The translations under genes were made by a program, and so were the position numbers. The notes under the pieces were generated by a model. That model was not told where the DNA came from. It searched no databases and worked only from the letters and a program-made list of their open reading frames with translations. This document shows, piece after piece, positions 12,685 through 24,623 of a stretch of DNA of 64,000 nucleotides. The DNA is from Octopus vulgaris. Lineage: Eukaryota. The number at the start of each line of letters is the position of its first letter. Within the stretch, counting starts at the first letter, position 1. The stretch is taken from assembly GCA_951406725.2 (NCBI GenBank), contig OX597835.1:43400001-43464000 (forward strand). The letters are read 5' to 3'.

Positions 12685-13035
12685 GTGTATGAGGTTGCTT
12701 AGCCTGTTTGAAATAAATAAATCTTTTGAATTACAGCAAATTGTCTTCAGAACGAAAGATACCACATTAAACAATGCTTCTATAGATATGTGACGCTCGA
12801 GAAAATAGGTATGTCATGGCTATAACAGTTTTGAATAGAGAAAACTGCTTGCTCTTAGTGACAGCCAGACCAAGGGCAAAGACAACAGCCCGTTTAAAGA
12901 TGAAAAAAAAAAAAAAGGTAATAATTCAATACTTATTAGTGAAAGATAGTCATTGCAGGTCAATCGACTTCCCGGTCCCTCCTGTCTAAGAACAATTATA
13001 AATATCAGCAAATTTTCGTTGTTGTGTCTACTTAC

Positions 13036-13063
13036 TTGTTATTCTCCTGGACCAAGTCAACAT
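13036..13063 (-). CDS. Candidate first coding exon of a host gene (MLTWSRRIT, phase 1)
   Basis: ATG TTG ACT TGG TCC AGG AGA ATA ACA A|GTAAGT consensus donor, in non-repetitive DNA at the CpG transition; phase-compatible with 3179-3272. Confidence 0.35.
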
Positions 13064-13449
13064 TTCCCCTCCTTTCAAATACAAAATACTAATACAATAA
13101 AATAGCTGCTGAAACTCCGGTGCTTTTTTCGCTACAGTTGTTTTAAAACAGCTGGAGTTTAGTGTGTGAATTGAATGAATGAATGTCTTAGCCTGCTTTC
13201 TAACTTAACCAGGTTCGCCACACTCAAAATACTCCGTTTGATTTTCCAAACAGAAAAAGCAAAATACTTACCTCTAAAATATAGTAGACAAAAACGTAGC
13301 TCTGTGGTCTTCGGTTCAGTCCCAATACGTGACACCTTCAGCAAATGTCTTCTACTATAGCCCTGGGTCGACCAAAGCCTTGTGAGTGGATTTGGTAGAC
13401 GAAAACTGACTGAAAGACGCCAAACATACACATTATATGTATGTATGTG

Positions 13450-13595
13450 TAGCCATTACACATTCTTTATTTTCTCTCCTTGTTTCTTTCTGTGGAAGAG
13501 CGTAGGCTCGAAACGTTAAAGGCTTTTTCACTTCCCGAGCATTAAACTAATACATCTGTTTGTTGTCTACACCACATGTCTTCGTCTTTTGTTTT
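13450..13595 (+). mobile_element. Short Penelope-like element, family P1 (variant hammerhead)
   Basis: CTTT CTGTGGA A GAGC GTAG GCTC GAAAC GTT AAAG followed by the P1 tail ending in (TA)n. Confidence 0.6.
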
Positions 13596-13721
13596 ATATA
13601 TATCAGGCTTAAAAAAATATTGGGTCCATTTGTTCGACTAAAATATTCTCCAAGGTGATGCTCCAATCTGTCCGTAGTCTAATGACTAAAACAATTAAAA
13701 AGCAGGAGATATACTAAAATA

Positions 13722-13983
13722 TTAGGGTGTCAGATAAATTCATTGTTTTGTTGGTTTTTTCACTTATTTTAATCTTTTTTAATGTTATCTGAATTAACAC
13801 GAAAAATATTTCTATCGTATTTTACGGAAGTATTTTTGTACTGTTTTCACTCTTCAACTTTTTATCGTTTTTTTTTTAATAATTTGAATAAATTTGGCTT
13901 CTTTTCACACACGTGACGAGGAGTAATGTCTCAGGTAAAAATAAATAAATAAAACGAACATTTAAATTAATCTGATAACTCAA
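13722..13983. mobile_element. mariner-type MITE
   Basis: TA|TTAGGGTGTCAGATAAAT ... ATTAATCTGATAACTCAA|TA imperfect TIRs. Confidence 0.6.
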
Positions 13984-13991
13984 TATATAAT

Positions 13992-14212
13992 AATTGCAGC
14001 GTGGAAGGTGTTTATAAGCCATTTAAGAAACACACAAAACCGTTAGATTCCCTTCAACATTTAAATTTAATTTGTCAAAATATTTTCGTGAATCTAACGG
14101 TTTTGTGTGTTTCTTAAATGGCTTATAAACACCTTCCACGCTGCAATTGTTTTCGTTCCAGCACACGATCTCTGATCAAGTCACTCGCTATGCAAGTACA
14201 TCAATATATAAT
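13992..14212. repeat. Perfect 59-bp inverted repeat (Penelope-like foldback), family shared with 50915-51125
   Basis: Arms 13992-14050 / 14090-14148; right arm continues as at 51020-51125. Confidence 0.85.
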
Positions 14213-14783
14213 GAACTATCAAATTCACCCTAAATCAGGCGTGGGTATCCCTTTTCGAGAAGCGGGCCGCATGAGACTTGGCTCACCACCAGGCGAGCTG
14301 TAATACAAATACAAAAAAAGAGGTTTGCCATTCAGAAAGTTCCGCGGGCCGCAGGTTGTACATGACTGACCTTCGCCAGACTTGGTGCCTGAGGGTGAAT
14401 AGTGAGGGGAAAGCGCTGACCCTAAGCGATGGACATTCTAATCAGACTTCAAGAAATGTATTGCAGCAAGGTTTTTGTAAACTGTATTTTCTAAATCTAA
14501 GGTCGCAACCACTGAACAATGATGGGGGAGGGCCGTCCAGTGCAGACACACATACACACCATAGCGATGGGCATGGTGGCCTTAATGTATTTTGAGTAAT
14601 TTGCTAACATAAATTAAAACAACGGACGTCATAGAGGAAGGACCAAATTTATTTGGTGAATTACAACATATACCTTATTGAAATATTCGCAGGAGTGACT
14701 GTTTGGTAAAAAGCTTGCTTCCTAACCACGTGGTTCGGGGTTCAGCAAGTATCTTAGATATTTTGGCGGAGCACGGCCTTTAC

Positions 14784-14839
<56 letters not shown>

Positions 14840-14843
<4 letters not shown>

Positions 14844-15030
14844 GCCATGATAGATCGTTAGCCACTACACACATTTTTTCTCTCTCCTTGTTTTTTCTGT
14901 GTACCTTTCTGTAGAAGAGCGTAGGCTCGAAATGTAAAAGACTTTTTCTATTCTTGAGCGCTATACTAATACATCTGTTTGTTTTGTACACCACCTGTCT
15001 TCGTCTTTTGTTTATTTTCGTAAACTTTCC

Positions 15031-15033
<3 letters not shown>
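14840..15033 (+). mobile_element. Short Penelope-like element P1, longest copy, flanked by (TA)n
   Basis: Hammerhead-like fold at 14905-14940; homologous to 13450, 39797, 41197 and 52419. Confidence 0.65.
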
Positions 15034-15088
<55 letters not shown>

Positions 15089-15719
15089 TAGAGGGAAACC
15101 ACTATGTGGACACCCATATGCTAGAAATAGATCCGCTATGGTCTTACCACTAAGAAATGTTCTAGAAATATCTAATTTCTCCCCCTCATTTTAAATTTAA
15201 ATTTAAATTAATACGTTCTGTAACCGGCAAAGGGCCACCGCAGTAAAGTATTTTCTGCAGCATCATTTTTCCCGGTAATTTAGCGCGCCAAAACGAGGAC
15301 ATTTGAAATAGTAATCACGAGTGTAATAGGTAGAACTGTTTACAGATCTGACTTTGTGCGGACGTCCTAGTATGCAGTCCTGCAAATTATATTCATCTGG
15401 ATGGTCATACCGATGATCTACGGACATTTACGTAAGTAAAATTACGTAATATGTTAATAGTGAAGCATGTATGCGAATAATCCATATTTTTATTGCCGGA
15501 GGAACATTCTTTGACAGGAGAAAAGATAGGACAGGAGACAGACAAGAATGCGTCTGGTCTGTGCAACAGACCGAAATATACGTATGTAGACACGTATGTG
15601 TGTGCGCGCGCATGTATGTATGTATGTATATATATAATTATATATGTATGTGTGTATGTATGTATATATGTAATATGAGATCATAGTTTCATTTTTAATA
15701 ATTTCACTATGCATATATT

Positions 15720-15985
15720 ATATACAAAGTGGAAGTATTGATAGTGAAACTATTAAATCTGAAACTATTATTTCACATTACAATAGAGATGTTATTGTTT
15801 CACTTTTGACAAATAATACTGAAACAGTTTAAGAAATTGCTTTGGATTCGCATTAGGCAAGAAGCTGAATATTTTTTGGCTTAGTGTATGTGTAACATTT
15901 GAATGAAATCGGTTGGGTTGTTCTCGAGTTTTAGTGATGCATACATACACACACACATACACATATTCTCAGTTTTATATATATA
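15720..15985. mobile_element. Possible Helitron/Helentron-associated non-autonomous element end
   Basis: GAAATCGGTTGGGTTGTTCTCGAGTTTTAG...(CATA)n...AGTTTTATATATA layout resembles HINE-type ends; pattern resemblance only. Confidence 0.3.
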
Positions 15986-16446
15986 TTGTTATATATAGAG
16001 GGTGAGTCTATGTATCTACGTGTGTACATCCTTGTGTTTTTTTGCATCACCACTTGATAACTGATGTTGGTTTGTTTACGTCCCCGTAACTTAGTGGATC
16101 ATCAAAAGAGACTTACAGAATAAGTAGCAGGTTTAAATAAACAAGTACCGGGGGGGGTCATTTGTTTGACTAAAAGCCTTAAAGGCAGTGCCCTAGCAAG
16201 GCTGTAATCCAGTGAGTGAAACAAGGACGAGATAAAAAGATGTACTCATAGAAAACATTCTGAACAAATCTTTGAATAAGATGGGGGTTATTTTTTGTCT
16301 TTTTCTCCCGTTTCTGCTGTTTCCAAATCTTCAATCTCTCTCTTACCTTCTTCCTCTCATTAAATTTTAATCGGAAGATTATTTGGTCAGTCATTTTATA
16401 ATCCTCCAACAAATAGAATTGAAAGATAACTAAAAAATAAACAACA

Positions 16447-16862
16447 TAGGTGTAGGAGTGGCTGTGTGGTAAGTAGCTTGCTCACCAACCACATGGTTCC
16501 GGGTTCAGTCCCACTGCGTGGCACCTTGGGCAAGTGTCTTCTACTATAGCTTCGGGCCGACCAAAGCCTTGTGAGTGGATTTGGTAGATGGAAACTGAAA
16601 GAAGCCCGTCGTATATTTGTGTGTATATATATATATATGTATGTGTGTGTATATGTTTGTGTGTCTGTGTTTGTCCTCCCCAACATCGCTTTACAACAGT
16701 GTGTTTACGTCCCTGTAACTTAGCGGTTCGGCAAAAAAGACCGATAGAATAAGTACTAGGCTTACAAAGAATAAGTCCTGGGGTCGATTTGCTCGACTAA
16801 AAGGCGGTGCTCCAGCATAGCCACAGTCAAATGACTGAAACAAGTGAAAGAGTAAAAGAGTA
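16447..16862 (+). mobile_element. SINE family A, near-consensus full copy
   Basis: Complete head, central microsatellite and tail ending (AAAGAGT)n; CpGs intact. Confidence 0.9.
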
Positions 16863-17477
16863 ACATATTTTTGTTCTTAATTTTTAATGTTTCAATATGC
16901 AAGTTCGATTCTCAACCAGGTCGATTTCTTTTCCCATTCCTCGGTGAATTACGCTGTCCAGAAAGTAAATACAAAGTCTTTTTTTTATATATCTACATAA
17001 TTGGATCCATTTTAAGCGGCATACCTACACAAGTGTACCCCAACCGAATTTGTTTCAGAAAAACGGATATTGTTTAGTGAATGGATATTTTTTTAGGTTC
17101 TGTACGATTATATCGGAATTTAATGTGGAAACAAAATATTACGATACACATCACATAATTCAGTTTCATTTTGTGGGTATCTTTTATGATGTCTCAGTAT
17201 GTATGTGTGCGAGCAGAATCGTTAGCATGCCGGACGAAATGCTTAGAGACATTTCTTCCGTCTTAATGTTTCTGAGTTCAAATTTCGTCGAGTAACTCCT
17301 TTCATCCTTTCGGGTGAATTCCAGTCTTTCTGCCTAGAGTAGAAATGCTTAATTTTCATGTTATTTACTATGTTCACGATTTGAAAACCCATTGTTTCGT
17401 CTTGTCTTGTCATTTATGTTTGTGTCATGTCCTTTAATGTATCTTTGTATTAGCCTTTGTGGCCAATAAAAGAATGA

Positions 17478-17531
<54 letters not shown>

Positions 17532-17679
17532 GGCGAAAGTAAAGAATACGTTCACCCGGTGGTTAGGGTTAAGGTTAGGGTTGTGGTTAGGGTTTAGAGT
17601 TAGGGTTAGTTTTAGAGTTAGGGTTAGGGTTTTTGTTACGCCGAAAACCGGTGGTGTACGTATTCTTTACCCCCGCCAA

Positions 17680-17718
<39 letters not shown>

Positions 17719-17722
17719 CATT

Positions 17723-17765
<43 letters not shown>

Positions 17766-17816
17766 CCATCACCACCACCACCACCATCACCATCATCATC
17801 ATCATCATCATTATCA

Positions 17817-17875
<59 letters not shown>

Positions 17876-17876
17876 T
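17478..17876. repeat. Compound trinucleotide microsatellite (ATT)n(CAT)n(CAC)n(ATT)n
   Basis: Seen directly. Confidence 0.95.
17532..17677. mobile_element. Small MITE enclosing degenerate (TTAGGG)n, inside (ATT)n
   Basis: GGCGAAAGTAAAGAATACGTTCACCCGGT / ACCGGTGGTGTACGTATTCTTTACCCCCGCC inverted ends; ~11 TTAGGG-like units at 17561-17630. Confidence 0.75.
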
Positions 17877-18280
17877 TCATTGTCGCTTTTGCTCTGGCAG
17901 GTGTTATACCGACACTATACTAAAAGAGCAAGCCATATCAAATGGCGAAAAATTCTTTCGTTCATTGTTTCTTCAACTTTCCAACACCTTCCTCGGAGTC
18001 CTTGGCTGTTCATAACAAAGCTGTTTTCTGCAACAGACCGGTCCTGTTTGGTAATTCCCTGCTTCTCAAGCCATGCATCCAACCTTCTATCGACTGCGCC
18101 CAGTGCACTAACCACAATCGGTACCACTTCTATGCGCCTGATTCTCTTCCATAGTTTCGCGAGTTCCCATTTCAGCTTCTAATATTTCTCCACTTTCTCA
18201 CTTTCCTTCCTATTCACCCTGTAGCCCCACAATGAGGCAATATCCACAATAATTGCCTTGTTCTTTTCTACGATTAAATG
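17877..18280 (-). mobile_element. R4/Dong-like non-LTR retrotransposon, 5'-truncated 3' end
   Basis: Restriction-like endonuclease region IIVDIA...KVEKY..L..EL..LW...VVPIVVSALGAV; 3' end abuts (TAA)n, the known Dong target. Confidence 0.75.
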
Positions 18281-19528
18281 TCATTATTATTGTGTGAGAG
18301 AGTAATGCATGCCATCAAAGTGACACTGGGGTATAAATATACAAGGCCCGTTATGGCTACCCGTCTGATAAAGGTACACCAAACACACGCATCACAGCCA
18401 TATATACGCGACGTGGTGATCTTATATCAAGATAAACAGTTCATGATCTAGCAGGTGAGTCCCAGTTAAAATTTTCTTCAAGTTGAGTTGCCCATCTCGC
18501 TAAAAAAAAATCCCTGAATAAGGGTTGTTTAAGGATGATGAACGAAACACCCATGTTTCCACGGGTGACTTATTTATTCAAACTCCTAAGAATTCCTCTC
18601 AACGCATAGCTACGATGCTCCCCCACGACTCCTGTTCATGATCAAAGATGCACTTATCATCAGCCACTTATGCACATGGTGGTCAATTGGTTAAGGTCAA
18701 GCAATTGACAAACAAATCTGCAGAATTGAGCAGAATATTTGTTGTCGGCCATCTTTTACAGAAAGACAAAACTTACACTTTAACACTTCTAATCAGTTAA
18801 GATCAGTCACTGCCTGAGATTGCATTATTATTATTTACATTAAATTCTGATATATAAAATTTATATCATCTGGAAAAGTATTTGTAGAAAATTTCATTAA
18901 GAAATTAATCCAGTGTTCTGAAAGTTATGACGAAACTAAGGCGGCGGGAGAGTGATGGGCATGGTTGGCACGCTTGTCTAGATATGTCGGTTAAGCTTTT
19001 ACTTTGTTATTAATCACCTCATAAGGAATTTAGTGGTTACAGCTTTTATAACCATTATTCGGGAGCACCACCCCCCTTCCTAAAACCGTAACTTTTTTCA
19101 AATGTTCATCATCTTAGCATCGTAGATTACGATTCTGCAAAAAGTTTTGAGGTTTTTGTTCCGTAACCTTTTCAGTTTTAACTTTCTTTTGAAAAAAAAT
19201 AGCTATTTAAATAAAATATCAAAGATGATTTTTCAAAATTACGCTTAACTTTTTCATAAAAGATAATCTGAGAAATTTTTCGAAGAAAAGTAAAAACTGA
19301 AAAAACAATGCTAAGAGGAGGGATACAATAAACACCATTTTGTAATTTGATTTATTTCTCCATTTTGCAAAATCGTAATTATCCACATCTCAAAAGGTCA
19401 CGGTTTGGGGCGTAGCAGATAATTTCCAACCCTCTTCTATAGCAATGCTAATATAATATATATTTGCTAATGTGTATTATTATTATATTGTATTATATAA
19501 CTATATTATATATTTAAATATGTTATGC

Positions 19529-19590
<62 letters not shown>

Positions 19591-19647
19591 ATAATAATAT
19601 TAATGTTTGTTCTTATGTCAAGTTATAATAAAAACAATTTAATATTA

Positions 19648-19712
19648 AAGTTTCGGCCTGCTGACCTTCCTCGGACTGTCCGAGGAAAGCAGGTCGAAAC
19701 TTCGAAGTCGCT
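19648..19712. repeat. Palindrome centred on 19677 with a hammerhead-like core (CCGAGGA...GAAAC TTCGAA GTC)
   Basis: Arms AAGTTTCGGCCTGCTGACCTTCCTCGGAC / GTCCGAGGAAAGCAGGTCGAAACTT between TA-rich microsatellites. Confidence 0.6.
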
Positions 19713-19812
19713 ACTAATACTATTCTCCTTAATCTATCTATCTGTCTCTCTATCTATTTATCTACCTACCTACCTATCTATCTACCTACCTATCTATCTG
19801 TCTATCTATCTA

Positions 19813-19873
<61 letters not shown>

Positions 19874-19901
19874 ATAGATAGATTAGTGTGTGTGTGTGTA
19901 A

Positions 19902-20120
19902 AGGCGGCGAGCGGGCAGGATAATTAGCATGCTGGGCAAAATGCTTAGCGCCATTTCTTCCGTCTTTACGTTCTGAGTTCAAATTCCGCTGAGGTCAACT
20001 TTGCTTTTCATTCTTTCGAGGTCGATAAGATAAAAACCAGTTGAGCAACTGAGATCGATGTAATCGACTTACCTCTCCCCTTAAAATTGCTAAACTTGTG
20101 CCAACATTTGAAACCAATAT
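19902..20120 (+). mobile_element. SINE B, alternative-tail subfamily
   Basis: SINE B head and core followed by ...CTTGTGCCAACATTTGAAACC tail (also at 30848, 47425, 55665). Confidence 0.8.
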
Positions 20121-20124
20121 TTAT

Positions 20125-20164
<40 letters not shown>

Positions 20165-20241
20165 CTATCTACCTATCTATCTATCTGCCTACCTATATAT
20201 ATATATTCATATATATATATACCTATCTATCTATCTACCTA

Positions 20242-20287
<46 letters not shown>

Positions 20288-20289
20288 TA

Positions 20290-20356
<67 letters not shown>

Positions 20357-21269
20357 GTATATATAATACATACATACACATTCGCGTGCGCGCGTACACG
20401 CACACAGCCTAGAGTCGCTTCAGTGGACTCGCAATACACTTTTGCCCAAACCATGTAAGAAATATCCCATTACCTAATTTAACAAGTTTTAATTATTTCC
20501 TAAATTAAACACACACAAACAAACAAAAACATGATTGAAAAACCCCAAAAAGGAATCCTATTCTTAAACGAATTGTTTCCTGTATTTAAATTTCGTGGCT
20601 ATTTCTATATAACTATGCGAGTCCATTTAGGTGTCAAAAGTATGAAACCTTTTAATTGTGCCGTGAGGGAGGAGGGTTTCCATGAAAGGGGAGAGAGAAA
20701 GGGCTGGGGTCAAAGCAGCTGAAATTGTGATGTTGTCATACATATATACATCGCATAAAAATGATATTTCAGCTGCCAGTTTTAGGAAAGAAGCGGTTTT
20801 CTTCTTATTTCTTATTTATTCTTCATGCCGTATCACACACACACACACACACATTCACGCGCACACACACACACACACAGACATTCACGCGCACACACAC
20901 ACAGACATTCACGCACACACACACACATACACACATTCACGCACATACACACACACATTCACGCACATACACACACACACACATTCACGCACATACACAC
21001 ACACACACACATTCACGCACACACACACACGCACACAAACACACACACACACACATTCACGCACACACACACGCACACAAACACACACACACACACGCAA
21101 CCTTAATAAACAACCAACTTTGACACGAGCCATTAGAGGAGCCTTTCTCTTTCTACTGAGTCATTCTACATGCTAGAAAGAGCAGCCTATTCCTTAAATC
21201 CTTAAAAATGTTTTCAGCCCGAAGGCTGCGGCCATGCTGGGACACCACCGTTCTTTGGTCGTATCACAT

Positions 21270-21740
21270 TATGAAATAGCAGTCTATTCTCCCTCAAATC
21301 ACACCTTATGAAATAGCAGCCAAATCTCTCACAAACCACTAACTATGAAATAGCAAGCAAATCTCTCTATGAAATAGCAGCTAAATCTTCCTCAAATCAC
21401 ATCCTTTAAAACAGCAGCCAAGTCTCCCCTAAATCACACCCCACGAAATAACAGCTAAGTCTCCCTAAATCACATCCTTTAAAATAATAGCAGCCAAGTC
21501 TCCCCTAAATCACACCCCACGAAATAACAGCTAAGTCTCCCTAAATCACATCCCATAAAATAACAGCTAAGTCTCCCTAAATCACATCCTTTAAAATAAT
21601 AGCAGCCAAGTCTCCCCTAAATCACATCCCATAAAATAACAGCTAAGTCTCCCTAAATCACACCCTGCAAAACAGTAGTCAAATCTTCAAATTGCACCCT
21701 ACGAAATAGCAGCTAAATCTTTAAACCACATCCTACTATC
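21270..21740 (+). repeat. Minisatellite, ~36-40-bp unit GAAATAGCAGCCAAATCTCCCTCAAATCACACCC
   Basis: About a dozen tandem units; the unit matches an internal segment of a dispersed repeat (22250, 26727, 33130; reverse at 23630, 42330). Confidence 0.85.
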
Positions 21741-22717
21741 TAAAACAAAAAAGGACACATTTAATAATGTAGTCCCAGATAGACAGAAAAGGGGTCTGGT
21801 CACGGTCGTATGCCCTTTTAAATTTTTTTTATAGATCTGTCTAATCAGGACTGACCTGTGGCTAAACTACAATGGTTTATAATTTAGGCCTGAAATTTTG
21901 AAAGGGCGTTGGTCAATACTATTGACTCCAGGGGGATAAAATATAAAGTTGACCTCGGCGGGATTTGAACTCAGAATGGGAAGTGCAAGGCATTTTTTCC
22001 CCGACATCAACAACCATCCCTCCTTCAACCGTGGTCGGTCACCGTGCTAGAAATAACAGCTGCGCACTCTTCCGTCTTTAAATAAATAAATAAAAAAGGA
22101 CATAGAAAGTAATGTATAATCTCAAATATATCAGAAGTAGGTGTGGTCATGGTTGGATGGTTTTGATAATAAATCTGTGTATTTAGGATTGGCCTGGGGC
22201 CAAAGCACAATAACAATAACAACAATTATCTCTCCATCAACCAACAAGGGAGCCTTTCTATGTGGTCGTTCAACATTCTAGAAATAGCAGTCAAATCTCT
22301 CTCAAATCACAGCAAACGACACATTGGATATTGTACTCCTAGATACACAATGTCTTAACATAAAATAAAATGGTGACGGCTGCAAAACCTTTTTATTTAT
22401 ATCTTTTAATTCAGCAACGAAAATAACGTTGGACTGCGGCCATGCTGGGGCATCGGTTATCTTTTACTAGTTTCAGTCAGAAGACTGCGGCCATGCTACG
22501 GCATTCATTGCCTCGATGAATTTTTTAATCGAATGAATCGTACTTATTTTTTGCTTAAGCCTGGGTACTTATTCTATCGGTGTCTTAAGTTACGAGGACG
22601 TAAACACACCAACAACGGCTGTTCAGCAGCAGTGAAAGACAAACACAGACACAACACTCACATATGTAATATATTAGATATGAGTGTTGTGTCTGTGTTG
22701 TCCCTCACTGCCACTGC

Positions 22718-22744
<27 letters not shown>

Positions 22745-22748
<4 letters not shown>

Positions 22749-22955
22749 CTCTTTTACTTGTTTCAGTCATTTGACTGCGGCCATGCTGGAGCACCGCCTT
22801 TAGTCGAGCAACTCGACCCCGGGACTTATTCTTTGTAAGCCCAGTACTTATTCTATCGGTTTCTTTTGCCGAACTGCTAAGTGACGGGGACACAAACACA
22901 CCAGCATCGGTTGTCAAGCAATGCTAGGGGGACAAACACAGACACACAAACATAT

Positions 22956-23017
<62 letters not shown>

Positions 23018-23200
23018 GACGGGCTTCTTTCAGTTATATATAAATTTAAAATAATAAGGGTGAAAAATTGGATATTAATCAAATTATTGATTAATATCAA
23101 TTTAAAACCAGTGGCCTAGCATGGGCTTCCTTCAGTTTCCGTCTACTAAATCCATTCACAAGGCTTTGGTCGACTCGAGTCTTTACTAGAAGACTCTTTT
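22745..23200 (-). mobile_element. SINE A copy with AT-rich palindromic insert (23035-23122)
   Basis: Family A sequence; GGGCTTC.TTCAGTT repeated on both sides of the insert. Confidence 0.8.
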
Positions 23201-24479
23201 TCCAACATAAGCAGGTTTTAAACTATGTTTATTGGGAAACAATCTTACCACACAGCCAAACTTCCATTTTAATTTCCATTTTGTTCAACCGACAGACATT
23301 TATTCAAAATCTGCATTTTTTTAAATATTCGTTAATTAAATATCTATTTATTGATGTTGTTTTCTTAATTACTTGCATCAAATATCTTTCCAGAGCTTTA
23401 TTAAAAGACTATAATGTCATAAAATAAAATTATACCCGGGTAATATAAAGAAAAAAAAACTAAATGGTTGTGTTGTTTAACCCTGAGTCGACTCCCAAAG
23501 AGATGACCTTATAACAAGGACTATCTATGACCAAAAACATTCCGGCCGTGACCATCCGTCCTTATTCCATGTTCAAGGAACTCCCAAACACAATATTCAG
23601 TGAGTTCTTTATTTTGAAAGTGGTAAGGATAGGATTTGAGGGAAATCTGACTGCTGTTTCTAACAGGTCGACTAACCACGTACACCACCACCACCATAAC
23701 CCATGTTGGTGATGTATTTTAACCCCAGGTCCGCTTCTAACCCAGCCTTCCTCTGATGAACCTAGACCTTCCAGCCTCGACCGTTTAATTTATTTTATTT
23801 TCTGCCAAGATTACGCTACTTTATACGAGCTTATTTTATATATTTCTTTTTTATTCAAGGAGAGTAGGCTGTTATTCAAAAGGAGTATTTAGCTACTATT
23901 TCTAGCGCTGACACTAGTTAATTCTTTTAAAACAGGAGTGTGTCCTTTAAAAGCATATATGACTTCTATTTCCAGCATTAGTATTCGACTGAATGTTTTA
24001 TTAAGCTAACATCGATAGCAGCCTATCTAGGACTGCTTTATATAAAGTGACCTTCCTTTTTAAAGACAGGAGTGTGTGCTTTGAAGGTATATTTAGCTGC
24101 CATCTCTAGCACTGGTCTTCCATAGTGAATGCTTGATAAGGTTTAACATTGAGGCGCCTCTTATAGAAACATAAATAAATAAATTATTATTTAATTAAAG
24201 TTGCCTGCTAATTAGGATAAGTAAAAAGAAACTGAAAGAATATATACATGTATGTATGTATATACACGTATACACACACAAACACACTTTGGATTCTATT
24301 CCCCATAGCAAAGTATCTGTCCCATTAATTAGATTTTTAAAAGGTTCAGAAATGTTAAAGAAAAAAAAAAGCGTATTTATTCTTTGTTTAAATTAAAATT
24401 AACGTTCAAATTATATATATACATAAATCATATATATACATATACATACACACACACACTATATATATATAATATATAT

Positions 24480-24623
24480 AAAACTGTCTGATGAACGGCA
24501 ACGAGAAACTCAGAGTAACAGATTTTGTTGAATTTTCTGCTGCTTAAAATAAAGCATATTACTCTACCACTGGTATTTGAGTACTCTTTTTTCCACCTTG
24601 TTTCACATTTATGTGTTTACTCC

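Noticed and set aside
14236-14368. hAT-like MITE (CAGGCGTGGG...CATGACTG, GCGGGCCGC motifs)
   Set aside because: TIRs are poor and no TSD was found, so boundaries cannot be supported.
16452-16525. tRNA gene-like sequence with A and B boxes
   Set aside because: It is the head of SINE A, present in many copies and continuing into the SINE body; no clean cloverleaf. SINE B heads were rejected for the same reason.
17561-17630. True telomere or chromosome-fusion scar
   Set aside because: Short, degenerate, single orientation and enclosed by inverted ends of a small element.
17530-18182. Poly-His/Tyr/Ile/Leu ORFs
   Set aside because: Translations of trinucleotide microsatellites. The same applies to 32397-32823, 33693-34133, 42608-43015 and 63405-63919.
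18295-19440. Probable old interspersed repeats or DNA transposon remnants
   Set aside because: No second copy, TIR pair or coding motif in this window to support a call.
21270-21740. CRISPR-like regularly spaced repeats
   Set aside because: Units are contiguous with no unique spacers, no cas genes, and the context is eukaryotic.
23752-23780. CTGATGA hammerhead-like core
   Set aside because: No downstream GAAA or pairing stems.
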